In this document: positions 23,750 to 34,644 of the stretch, piece by piece
Numbering within the stretch: position 1 is the first letter of the stretch
How the letters are laid out: the number at the start of each line of letters is the position of its first letter
Assembly: GCA_026770705.1 (NCBI GenBank)
Contig: JANJGN010000015.1
Coordinates: 35,588,001 to 35,652,000, forward strand
Reading direction: 5' to 3'
DNA length: 64,000 bases
DNA from: Isurus oxyrinchus
Taxonomy: Eukaryota
Program-made: the position numbers and the translations under genes
The notes under the pieces: generated by a model
The model's input: the letters and a program-made list of their open reading frames with translations, nothing else
Told to the model about the DNA's origin: nothing
The model's database searches: none

Positions 23750-25388
23750 CCTGGATGCAGCCCCGACATCCGCAGCAGAGGTAGAGGCAGCCTGCTGACT
23801 ACTACGTCCTGATGTCTGTGATCACCTTGGCGGACGTCCTCTGGTGGCTGGAGGTTTGAAGGGTCTCGGCCTGGTAAGGGGCAGAAGCACCCTTGGTGGC
23901 CTGAGAAGCTGTAGTGGATGGGGTCACAGGCAGAAGGGGCTGTGACCGGTTGCACACCCTTGGAGTGTCGTGAGAGGAGACCCCCGGGGTGTCTGGCTGA
24001 CGCTCATCCTCCCTGTGGGTGCCCGAGGGCCCCGCCCTGACTCCTGCAGGAGATGGTGCACCCAGAGGGAGGTCAAGGTGCCTCATCGCCATGTCGCCTA
24101 CATCCTGATGGTGCCCACCAGGGTGTGTGGCCATGGAGTGAGGGCCATGCACAAATCCAGCAAAACCTATTGGATCAAGGTCTCCATGGTGGATGCCAGC
24201 CTTCCCATGGTGACCTCGAGGTGCTTGCATGTCGGAGCCATGACATCAGACAGAACGCGGACAAACTCCTCCATCGTTCACTCTAGTCTGAATAACTGCT
24301 GAATCTCTGCCTGTTGTTCCATCGCCTGTTGTTGCATTTCCAGCATTGAGTGGCAGCCGCTTCCAGAGGTTCATCTGACTCAGGCTGAGCAGGTGGCTGG
24401 TCTCCAGCAGCCCCCCAAGTGTTGGAGATCTGGGCTGTCCCAGCCTCTGACTGTCAGTAAAGTGCTCCCCAGAAAGTGAGCCCAAGCCTAATCTACAGCT
24501 GTGTCCCCACCAACGTGTGTGTCTCTGAGCTGGTGGAGGGTGCGTGTGAGTGTCGGGGCGGTTCTTCCAGGGCTTCTTGTTCGGACCTGGCCTCAGGGTT
24601 TGGACTGCTGCTCGGGTGCCTTGTGGCCCTCAAACTGCTGGTGCCTAGAAAATAGAAAATAGAGTTTCAGTTAATGAGCATGAGCTGGATAAGACTTCAT
24701 GTGACTCATTGTGAATGTCAGGATTTGATGAAGTGTTGGAGCTGAGATCCACACTGGGGGTTGACCTCCCCTTCCCCACAGGAATGATCCCTGTCCTCCC
24801 CAGCCAGCTGGGCTGCAGCCTCCTCAAACTCAGTGAGGGCGATGATATCGGCTGTCCCTCCCCCAGTCTGCGCTCTCTCGCTCCTGTTGTGCACCAGCTT
24901 GGCCTGTTTGAAGAAGAAAGAAAGGTGTGTGATGAGAAGGGATGGAGCTGATGTTGGGTGAAATGCATATCCCTGTGTGTGGAGTTCCCACCCCAGAAGG
25001 GCCAGAGGATGGAGTGTGAGCAATGTGATGGATGGGAAGGTGGTGATGTGAAAGTCTTGATGAGAGAGTGAGTATTGATATGTGTCCCCCACTAATGGTT
25101 GTGTGAGATCCCTGAAGAGAGTCACCATGACTTACCCTGGCAGAGTGGATGAGATCATTCATCTTCTTGCTGCATTGCATGGCATTTTGGGCGCCAGCCA
25201 CGCTGACCTGCTCTGCGATGGCTTCCCAGGCCGGAGACATATGTAAAGGCTGCTGTGCTTCCTGGAGCCGTCCCTGGGATACAGCTCATGCCTGTGCACC
25301 CAAACTCCTCTGAATATGGCCTGGAGGGCCTGGTGGGTGCTGCCTTCTTCTTGAGGCTTTTGGCCGCCTTCTTGTGGCTGGAAGACAT
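23750..25388 (-). pseudogene. Harbinger Myb/SANT accessory gene remnant (3 exons)
   Basis: Exon 1 MSSSHKKAAKSLKKKAAP..PAWEAIAEQVS..QCSKKMNDLIHSAR then GTAAGT at 25135; exon 2 AKLVHNRSERAQTGGGTADIIALTEFEE. Confidence 0.85.
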
Positions 25389-25734
25389 CTCTGCATGTGT
25401 CCTGAAGACAGGTGGGCTGGAGAGAGTGAGATGTATGTGTTGGGATGATGTTTAAGTGTGATGCCCGGACCTTCGACCACCCTCCCCAACACCCGCCCAC
25501 CACCCCACAACCAGCTGACGGCAGGGCAGAAGAATCAGCTCCCGATACTTGCCTGATACTTGCCTGTGCATAATTAATGATCTTCCAAGTGCGGAATCAG
25601 GCACGAGTTCCCACCATTCCTGCCAGTGGGGTGGGTGCCACATAAATCTCCTGCCACTGCACTTAGTCTCATAAATGGAGAATTCCACCCCTTGTTTCTA
25701 AAGCTTCCCCAATCGTCTGGCTTACCAGTAGTCT

Positions 25735-25905
25735 TTGCAGCACTGTCCATCTTTTCCTACTTAAGTCGATACTCATATGGACTATGACAACTGGATCCTT
25801 CTCCTCCCAGCCCAAGTCCCTCTGCATCTCCCGAGTGAGATGTCTTTAACCCTGACACCGGGTGGGCAACACAGCCTTTTGGGGTCTTACTTGCGGCTTT
25901 GCTTG
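25735..25905 (-). mobile_element. CR1 ORF1 (SGNH esterase-like) fragment
   Basis: Minus strand KRLCCPPGVRVKDIS..DLGWEEKDPVVIVH resembles CR1 ORF1 CCLPGARVKDI..PVVVVHVGTND. Confidence 0.6.
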
Positions 25906-25934
25906 TTTATGGGGTAAATTGAGATTAGTTAGGA

Positions 25935-26010
25935 GGAAGCTCTTGTGGATCATTAACACTGGCACAGACCTGTTGGGCTGAGTGGCCTGTTGCTGTGCTG
26001 TAAATTCTAA
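25935..26010 (+). mobile_element. CR1 3' tail
   Basis: ggcacagacctgttgggctgagtggcctgttgctgtgctgtaaattcta. Confidence 0.75.
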
Positions 26011-26492
26011 GGGCTGAATTTTTCTTTTGGGGGATGCACACATGCCTGACCCGCTCGAACGTGAAATAATGTGTGATGATGTCAGCTGAGCATGCCGATG
26101 GAGACGGAGGCGCACCCGCCATTAATTAAGAGGCCAGTTAAGGCCCTTGATACACCAATTGTCTTCGACTTTACGTAAACCCTGTGAATTTTCAGCCATC
26201 GCACAGGAAAAATGGGCAGTCCACCATCAGCTAAAGCTCATCCATGGGCGGGATGAGAGGGGTCAGTGGCACTGTCAATGTGAGTAGTGAGGGGCTTTGG
26301 ATCAAACTTGCTGCTGGTTGCTGTCCTGGTGAACAGGACAGCTTCATCTTGCTTCAGAGCTGCTCTGAGGTTGTTCAGATTCTGAGCATTTCTAGGCTTC
26401 ATTTCAGGACTCATTGTTGTCTTTCAGGCCCCCGGAGCATTTAGACTACGTGGACCCTCCCAGATATCAGACAGTTTTCCATTACCCTGGTA

Positions 26493-27703
26493 ATGGGGAT
26501 TGTAGCCTCCGCTGGAGGCACCTCCTCTGTGAAGGAAGAGACAGGCAGAAGGGAGAGGAGGCCATGTGTCTCTATTCAGCCTCGAGGAGAGGCGCAGGCT
26601 CAAGGAGGGCAGGATCAACAGAAAGTCCAAGGCGGAAGGGGCCACAGAAGACGCCACTCTCCCTCTGCCAGGTTTTCCAGTAGTGATGCAGCTACCTCAA
26701 TATGTCTGAGGTGCAATGCCAAAGAGGGCTCCATCTCTCAAGGGAGACAGTGATCTCCATTTGTCAGATGATTGGGCCTGACATCAGCTTCGACTGTGTG
26801 TGTGGACACCCGATGCCAGTGGCTCTGAAGGTCACAGTGGGCCTCAACTTCTATGTTTCCTGCTCTTTCCAGGGCTTGGTGGGTGATCTTTGTGGAGTCT
26901 CCCAATCAGCTGTTCACACTTGTGTCAAGCTGGTGACAGGAGCTCTGTTCAGGCATGCATTGACTTTCCTTCATTAATGTACGGACGAGGCCAGTCAGGC
27001 TGAGTGAGCCAAAGGCTTCACAGCGATTGCTGGCTTCCCCTGCATCCGGGGTGCAATCGCCTGCTCACATGTGGCCACTAAGGCGCCAGCAGGTGAGCCC
27101 GATGCCTTTGTCAACAGGAAGGGCTCCCACTCCATGAAGCTAGTGTGTGATCACAGGATGCAGATTCTGCAAGTCTGTGCAAGGTAGCCAGGCAGCTCCC
27201 ACAATGCTTACATCCTGAGACACTCCCAGGTGCCAAGGCTCTTCAGTGCTTCAGCCCAGCTGGATGGATGGCTGCTGGGTGACAAGGGCTATCTCCTCAA
27301 AAGGTGGCTTACGACTCCTCTCCGCCACCCAAGAACAGAGGCCAAGCAGCAGTACAACAGTAGTCACGCCTCCACAAGGGCTGTAGGAAAGAGAACCATT
27401 GGTCTTCTCAAGATGCGCTTCCGATGCCTGGACTGCTCAGGGGGAGCACTGCAGTACCCACCAGACCATGTCTCATTGATAGTGGTTGCATGCTGCCTTC
27501 TCCACAATCTGGCACTGGCAAGGTGGGACACAGCTGAGGAAGAGGATCCTGACGCAGCTGCACAGGCAACAGATGATGAGTCCATTAGTGAGTCCGAGGG
27601 TGAGCACTCTCAGGAGAACGCTGAGGGTATAGACACTGACCTGGGTAACCTCTAAGGAGGCAGGGATGCTCAGGATGCTTTCATCCAACCGTCCTTCAGC
27701 TAG
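26493..27703 (+). pseudogene. Harbinger DDE transposase, almost full length, inactivated
   Basis: [101 protein letters not shown]; in-frame stops; catalytic D residues changed (IAC, HNA). Confidence 0.93.
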
Positions 27704-28044
27704 GATATCAAATAAGAACCACCACCACATGTCAGGGGGTCGCAGCCTCCACACTCGATCCCTGAAAGGACCATTTCCTTGGCCAACAACATACACTCTG
27801 TGCTTTTGCAATAAAGTTTCAGGAGACACACGTCCATCATTAAATTATGGCTTACCCTGCACTAACAGAACAAACAGAGGCCATTAGCACAATTTAACAC
27901 CTTATTTAACTGTGAATGTGAAACAGAGCTGAAATTAACATTAACTGGTGTTTTTAATCACACCATGAAAAAAAACTAACCAAAATGGGGAAACAAAATA
28001 ACATCAGTGATAAGTCCGTCTTATGCTTAAGATGTTTTACATTT

Positions 28045-29880
28045 ACATTTGCGGATGCTACGTCTAGGTTCTCCCCCCTTGCTGTCCCCGGCATTAGAGC
28101 CAGCCTGCTGACTCGGCTGTCTTGTTGGCCTTGATGACCTTGGTGGTCGTCCTCTGGCTCGTGGAGCCTGTGAAGACCCCACCTGGGAGGGAGCAGCCAT
28201 GGTCACTGGCAGAGGGTCAGAGGAGCTGCTGCCGTCATCCAGGGACGACAGGCAGCTCGTGCGCCAACGTGAGGTTGCATTGGACCTCCCTGCTCATCAT
28301 TGATGACCGGGCAACTAGCTGGGATACTTGATGCCCAATCCATCTCCCATACTGACCAGCTGAAGTCATTGCCAGTGTGTGGGCTTGCAGGTCCAAGCAC
28401 ATCCCCTGGGACCCTTGATTGAGTCCCTGAAGCAGCCTCTCCATGAGAGCTGCCACTCTCTCCATGGAGGAGGCAGTGCTCGGCCATGAGGGTCAACGCA
28501 GTGGTCATGCTCCACAGGTACTCCTCCACAATGGAGACCATGGCATGTATTCCCTCATGTATCTCTGCCAGATCTTCCCGCACACTCTGCTGGACTTTCA
28601 GCATCTGCTAACTATCATCAGCTATCAACTGAGCATTGTGCTGGCCCCCAGCAGTCCTCTGACTGCCGGTGTCCTGGGCACTCTCTGCCTCTGCTTGCAC
28701 CTCCAGCAAGTATGACGTGCCCTCACCAATGTGCACTGAGGTACTAGACGGTGATCTTATGCCCACCGAGGTGCTGGCATCTGCGCTGGTGCCTGCTTAA
28801 CAGAGAGGGTGTGACACATGTGCGTGCTCAGCATGGTGGCCCTCAGGGGTCAGGGTGGACCTTTAGACTCCTCATTGTGACCACCTGCTGGTGAGCCTAA
28901 AAGGGACAAGAAGAACACGTCATTAGTTTAAGTCATGACACTGTCACTGTACATGCTAGGCACCCTGGTGAGACAATGGAGGTCTGCTTCATAGTGCCCT
29001 CATCTTTCCATTATTAATGGAGACTCCAGATTTGAGGCTCCCATCAATATCGAGACGACATTAGAATGATTACAATAGCCGACAGTCTAACCTCAGTGCT
29101 GCACTCTTACCTTCATCTGGCACTCCAACCTCATTGCTGCCGCTTGACCGAGGTGCATGGCACCTCTCGAGCTCCAGGTCCTCCTGCTCTTAACGCGTGA
29201 GGATTAGGAGGTGTGGGGATCCCCCACCAGTCTGCAACCTGTTAATATTGTTACGGGATGTCATCTCCTGAAATGACAGAGGAGCATTGATTAGTCCACT
29301 CTCTACCTGCAGCGCCACTGTAGCCGGGCCAACCCCACCTGATGAACAGAACTCATCCAAATCGTGACCCTGGAGCCGCAAGGCACTCAGTTCAAGCAGC
29401 CAGGGCTCACCCTCTTGGCCAGCTCCTGCCTCATTGACATTTGCCACTCACACTCTAACACCTCTGAGGTCCATGGTGGGATGGCCAGCTCTTAAATTTC
29501 CTGCAAAGTGACCCATGCCAGCGCGGTACTCACCCTTCCCGATTGCAGGACATCTTTGAAGCTTCCAGCACTACACCCATGTGCACCTCACCATATTGTG
29601 GCTGCTCACCCTGCGTGACACCTCCTTCCAGACCTTTTTGGCGAAGTGTGGGGGCCTCCTCCTCCCATCTCTGGGGCAAGGGTTTCCCTCCTGGCTGCAA
29701 CCTCCTCCAGGAGGGCTGCGAGGCTCTCGTCTGAGGAACGCGGGGCCGACTGCCCCATCGGACTGCCCTCCCGCCTGCTGTGTCCAAACGCAAAGCGATC
29801 CATCTTCACTTCCGCATCCTTCCGTGGCAGCCTCCCAGGGCTGCCGTGGCCGATTTTGAATCGGCCGCTGGGTCGTCACT
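28045..29880 (-). pseudogene. Harbinger Myb/SANT accessory gene remnant (3 exons)
   Basis: APRSSDESLAALLEEVAARRETL..RRRPPHFAKKVWKEVSRRVSSHNMVRCTWV..FKDVLQSGR then GTGAGT near 29533; exon 2 EMTSRNNINRLQTGGG; exon 3 coiled-coil-like QQSVREDLAEIHEG. Confidence 0.85.
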
Positions 29881-31029
29881 GGACCCGGCAGACATCATGT
29901 CCCTGCCCTCGCCCGCCCCTTCTCATTGATTCCCCAGCCATCTTTCATGCTGGGCAGGCCTTAATCAGCCCGCCTGCCTGAAACCGCGGTGCACTGCCAA
30001 TCCCGGTCAGCTTCCAGAACACCGCCGCCCGCCCTTGCTGAGCCTTCATGCCAAGGGTAAAATTCTGCCTTCGGTAATGTTATACAATCTTGCTATGTGC
30101 TTTCAACAGTTTGCATCTCAGTCTGGGTGTTGCAAAACTGAGCCAGAGGAATAATGATAAAAAAACTCCATGTGTTTCAAGCTTTTTTGTTTTACTAGCG
30201 TAAATGAACGATACCATGGTAAGACAAATAAAGTTTCCAACACACTTTCATACAAGTTCTGACAGTAGAGTAACAGCAGCTTGGAAGAACTTCTCAGTCT
30301 TAAGTTCTTATACAAATCTGTGTCAAGTAGAATCTTTTCTAGGAGTTTTCATCAGGCAGCTAGATTAATAACTACAGGCACAGACTGACTGAAACTAAGA
30401 AGCTTAAAAACTCAGAGCTAGAGCTTGTGGTGATGTGTATCGTTGACAACCCAGAAGGGAAAAACAGTTAAATCTGGGAAGTAAAAGTATGGGCACAAAC
30501 TGTTCTTCCTTCTGTTCTGATCAGTACTCTTATTTTCCAGTTTTTACTGTTTTTTCCTTCTGGAAATTCATTGTAATCAATAATTACGCATCAAGATATT
30601 AGATATTTGTAAAACTTGCGCGCCAATTACTAAACAAAAGCAAGGTCACAAACTACGTAGCACAAATTTCTTTTGAGCATTTGATTCCACATGGACCTGA
30701 AAGGGTAACAAAAGAATCTCTACAGCATATTAATAGTTGGTATTATAGTATATCAGACCATAGTTATTAAGGACAAAAAGTACAGAAATGTTGCAACCAG
30801 CCTCCAATATTAAGCTGTTTCTCATGTTGTGACTGGAGCAGTTTTGTCACCTAAATATTAAGATTTAAACACGACTGAAAGGAAACTTGAAGCAGTTTTA
30901 AATTTTGCAACATAGAACAATCCACACAACTCTTCCTACTAAGAGTCAAAATCGATTGCTGCCGCAACCAATCAACAAAAATAACCTGTGGTGATCGTGT
31001 TGTTCATGTTGTTGTGTTGTTATGCTGCA

Positions 31030-31385
31030 AAGATAAATGTTGAGAAGATGTTTCCACTAGTGGGGGAACCTTGAACAAGGGGACATAGTTACAGAATAAG
31101 GGACACTCATTTAAAACTGAGATGCGAAGGAATTTCTTCTCTCAGAGGGTAGTGAATGTCTGGAATTCTCCACCCCAGAGAGTTGTGGGGGCTAGAGCAC
31201 TAAAAGTATTTAAAGAGGAGGTAGATAGATTTTTGAAGTATCAGGGAGTCGACGGCTATGAGGAGGTGGCACGACAGAGGAGTTGAGGCCTGGGGCAGAT
31301 CAGCCATGATCATATTGAATGGCGGGGCAGGCTTGAGGGGCCAAATAGCCTACTCCTGCTCCTATTTCTTATGTTCTTATGTAAG
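31030..31385 (+). mobile_element. CR1 3' end
   Basis: EKMFPLVGE..GHSYRIR..EMRRNFFSQRVVNVWNSPPQRVVG; tail cctatttcttatgttcttatg. Confidence 0.9.
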
Positions 31386-32526
31386 CAGCTGGGCTTAATT
31401 TCTAACTCATTTGTTTCATTTTTCAAAACAATTTGTTGAGTAATATTCATGAATTCTTTGACGTTTATTCTGTGTTTTCTCATTAATCCCATGTTCATTT
31501 ATCTAGGCTTGTTGAGTATCCTGCTAAATTTCTGTATGACAGGGATCCATTGATGTGAAAGGAAAGGGCTGAGATAGCAATATGTTTAAGAAAGGCACTA
31601 AGAGACCATAGGAAGACACAGTGGGTACACGACTGGTGTCCAAAAGATGGACAAAACTGCAGCTCATTTAACATTGACTGACATCGCATGGTATTAATGG
31701 AGCAGTAAGGGCAAATTTTAATTGTTATGTTTAACATAATACACTCCTTCACGAATGATATAGTTTTGTGATGGACATTTAACAATCTGATTTGGGATTC
31801 AGAATGACTCATCTAAAACATTCCTCACAGATGTCACCATAAATAAGTTGAAGGGAAACAGCAAAATCTCCAGTAACATCTTCTCCCTCCTATTATTGCG
31901 CTCCACAAATAGAAAACACTTTTAACATTTTGAGTGATAAATATCAGGAAGGAGAGATTTTATTTGGTGTTCTCTTACTTAACACCCATTGGCCTTTACT
32001 AGGCACATTTTTATGGTGACAATGAAAACTCAGTAGGCTGCAGGAATGACACCAGATTCTACAGCCCCATGGCACCACACACTGGGTGTTCCAGCAAACT
32101 GCAACACCCACCGCACTTGCGCTTGTGAATGAGAGCAGCCTTAACAGGACAATTTGCAGGATTAGCAAGTTGACAACATGAAGGAATGAATCAGTTTTAT
32201 TTCGGCAAGGGGAGAGGAAGACTGGTTTCATAAAGCAACGTTATTGGAGACAGGAAGAAATAGGGTGCCAACTGAAAAGGTTTTGTGCACAATTTTAAAA
32301 GAACTTAAGCAGGAATGAATCTCCGCCAGAGCTGATCAGGAAGCAAACATTCTCAGATGCTGGAAATGTGAAAGAAAAGTGGAAAATGCTGAAAACACTC
32401 AGCAGGCCAGGAAACAGCTTGGGGAGGCTTTCTCTGAACTGCAAGAAGTTACAGATATGCACCATTGAAAAAAGAACATAAACCAAAGGGAGACCAGAGA
32501 AGAAGTGGACTAGTACAGCACAGACT

Positions 32527-33480
32527 TCCCTTCCCTTCCTTGACCTCTCTGTCTCAATCTCTGGTGATAGACTGTCCACCAATATCCACTACAAACCCAC
32601 CGACTCCCACAGCTACCTCGACTACAGCTCCTCACACCCCGCTTCCTGTAAGGACTCCATCCCATTCTCCCAGTTCCTTCGCCTTCGTCGCATCTGTTCC
32701 GATGATGCTACCTTCAAAAACGGTTCCTCTGACATGTCCTCCTTCTTCCTTAACCGAGGTTTTCCACCCACGGTCGTTGACAGGGCCCTCAACCGTGTCC
32801 GGCCCATCTCCCGCGCATCCGCCCTCACGCCTTCTCCTCCCTCCCAGAAACATGATAGGGTCCCCCTTGTCCTCACTTATCACCCCACCAGCCTCCGCAT
32901 TCAAAGGATCATCCTCCGCCATTTCCGCCAACTCCAGCATGATGCCACCACCAAACACATCTTCCCTTCACCCCCCTTATCGGCATTCCGTAGAGATCGC
33001 TCCCTCCGGGACACCCTGGTCCACTCCTCCATCACCCCCTACTCCTCAACCCCCTCCTATGGCACCACCCCATGCCCACGCAAAAGATGTAACACCTGCC
33101 CCTTCACTTCCTCTCTCCTCACCGTCCAAGGGCCCAAACATTCCTTTCAAGTGAAGCAGCATTTCACTTGCATTTCCCCCAACTTAGTCTACTGCATTCG
33201 TTGCTCCCAATGTGGTCTCCTCTACATTGGAGAGACCAAACGTAAACTGGGCGACCGCTTTGCAGAACACCTGCGGTCTGTCCGCAAGAATGACCCAAAC
33301 CTCCCTGTGGCTTGCCATTTTAACACTCCACCCTGCTCTCTTGCCCACATGTCTGTCCTTGGCTTACTGCATTGTTCCAGTGAAGCCCAACGCAAACTGG
33401 AGGAACAACACCTCATCTTCCGACTAGGCACCTTACAGCCTTCCGGTCTGAATATTGAATTCAATAACTTTAGGTCGTGA
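32527..33480 (+). CDS. Penelope polyprotein C-terminal part: end of RT, thumb/linker, GIY-YIG endonuclease (317 uninterrupted codons, no native start)
   Basis: SLPFLDLSV..YKPTDSHSYLDYSSSHP..SIPFSQFLRLRRICS, CPRKRCNTC, NLVYCIRC..LYIGET..RFAEH, EQHLIFRLGTLQPSGLN. Confidence 0.92.
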   Translation, partial: SLPFLDLSVSISGDRLSTNIHYKPTDSHSYLDYSSSHPASCKDSIPFSQFLRLRRICSDDATFKNGSSDMSSFFLNRGFPPTVVDRALNRVRPISRASALTPSPPSQKHDRVPLVLTYHPTSLRIQRIILRHFRQLQHDATTKHIFPSPPLSAFRRDRSLRDTLVHSSITPYSSTPSYGTTPCPRKRCNTCPFTSSLLTVQGPKHSFQVKQHFTCISPNLVYCIRCSQCGLLYIGETKRKLGDRFAEHLRSVRKNDPNLPVACHFNTPPCSLAHMSVLGLLHCSSEAQRKLEEQHLIFRLGTLQPSGLNIEFNNFRS

Positions 33481-33877
33481 GCTCCCTCCCCCATCCCCAC
33501 CCCCTTTCTGTTTCCCCCTTTTTTCCCCCTTTTTTTCCCTATAAATTTTATAGATTTTTCTTTTCCCACCTATTTCCATTATTTTTAAATATTTTAAAAT
33601 CCTTTATGCTCCCCCCACCCCCACTAGAGCTGTACCTTGAGTGCCCTACCATCCATTCTTAATTAGCACATTCGTTTAGATAATATCACCAACTTTAACT
33701 TTAACACCTATGTGTTCTTTTGTACCATTGTTACTGACATCTTTTGATGATCTGCTTCTATCACTGCTTGTTTGTCTACACAAGCACCTCTGTCTCTCTC
33801 TCTCTCTCCTTCCCCCCCCCCCCCCCCCACACACCTTAAACCAGCTTATATTTCAACTCTTTCCTGGACTCGAAATC

Positions 33878-33918
33878 AAGTTCTGTCGAAGGGTCATGAG
33901 GACTCGAAACGTCAACTC
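33878..33918 (+). ncRNA. Minimal type I hammerhead ribozyme motif
   Basis: agtt CTGTCGA a gggtc atgag gactc GAAA c GTC aact; predicted cleavage after C33913; helix III reduced to palindromic ACGT. Confidence 0.78.
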
Positions 33919-34017
33919 TTTTCTCCTCCGCCGATGCTGCCAGACCTACTGAGTTTTTCCAGGTAATTCTGTTTTTGTTTTAGATTTCCAGCATCCGCAG
34001 TTTTCTTTGTTTTCAAC

Positions 34018-34375
34018 AGAAGAAGGTTGTTTGGCTCATTGAATCCTCTTTTGAAGAGGGATACAGTTACTCCCACTCTCCTGATCTTTTCCGATATCCT
34101 CGCAATTTTTTTTACTTCAATTATTTATCCCATTCTCTTTTGACAGCAGCTGTTGAATCCTTATCCATCATCCCTATCCAGCAGAGCATTCCAAATGCTA
34201 ACCAATTATTGTGTAAAAAAAAACTTTTTCTTGTGTTGTCCCTGGTTTGTTGTGCCAATCACCTTAAATCTGTGCCCTCTGGCCCTTAAGTCATTAGAAA
34301 CAGCTCCTCTTTACTCTATCTAAACCTTTCATGATTTTAAACAACTCTATCAAATGTCCTGTTAGCTTTCTCTGC
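34018..34375 (-). mobile_element. Old CR1 3' fragment (host of the Penelope)
   Basis: agagcattccaaat (IWNAL on minus), accttaaatctgtgccctctgg, ctatctaaacctttcatgattttaaac; tail resumes at 32470-32505. Confidence 0.7.
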
Positions 34376-34399
34376 TTTCCCTCCCCTTTCGTTTGTCGT

Positions 34400-34530
34400 T
34401 TACCTTTTTCAATGTCGTTCATCTATAAACTCTTCTTGTCCTAATGAAGCATCCACATCTGAAATCTTCATTCCTCTGTTGCCTCCACTGATGCTCACTA
34501 ACCTGCCAAGTGGTTCCAACATCTTCTGTC
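34400..34530 (+). mobile_element. Highly decayed Penelope pLTR remnant of an older family
   Basis: ctaatgaagcatccacatctgaaatcttca..ctccactgatgctcactaacctgccaagtggttccaacat parallels the hammerhead plus downstream pLTR. Confidence 0.5.
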
Positions 34531-34644
34531 ATTGGAGTGATGTACAGCAAACTCCATCATACGTTAATGTGTGGAGTGACCTAATTGTTTTATTATTCAG
34601 AAATCAAAAAGAAAGACCATGGCCCATAATGCAGGACACCATCA

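Larger units (their letters stand above)
22340..25691 (-). mobile_element. Decayed PIF/Harbinger transposon with tandem (co-oriented) Myb/SANT and transposase genes
   Basis: TIR agaattccacccc near 25679-25691; both genes on the minus strand; other terminus not found. Confidence 0.8.
26011..30070. mobile_element. Near-complete PIF/Harbinger transposon (~4.06 kb), convergent genes
   Basis: TIRs gggctgaatttt (26011) and aaaattctgcct (30070); transposase on plus, Myb/SANT on minus, AATAAA/TTTATT-like signals between them. Confidence 0.9.
32522..34015 (+). mobile_element. Young Penelope-like retroelement, 5'-truncated
   Basis: Intact RT C-terminus plus GIY-YIG frame, pLTR with hammerhead and T-rich tail; putative 8-bp TSD agaagaag (32498-32505, 34018-34025) in a CR1 tail. 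Confidence 0.95.

Noticed and set aside
22364-27703. Transposase ORFs as the domesticated host gene HARBI1
   Set aside because: Multiple stops and frameshifts, altered catalytic residues, TIRs and several paralogous copies in the window: these are decayed transposons.
32465-33154. 229-aa Pro/Ser/Thr-rich ORF overlapping the Penelope ORF
   Set aside because: Alternative frame of a C-rich strand; it starts outside the element and has no domain motifs.
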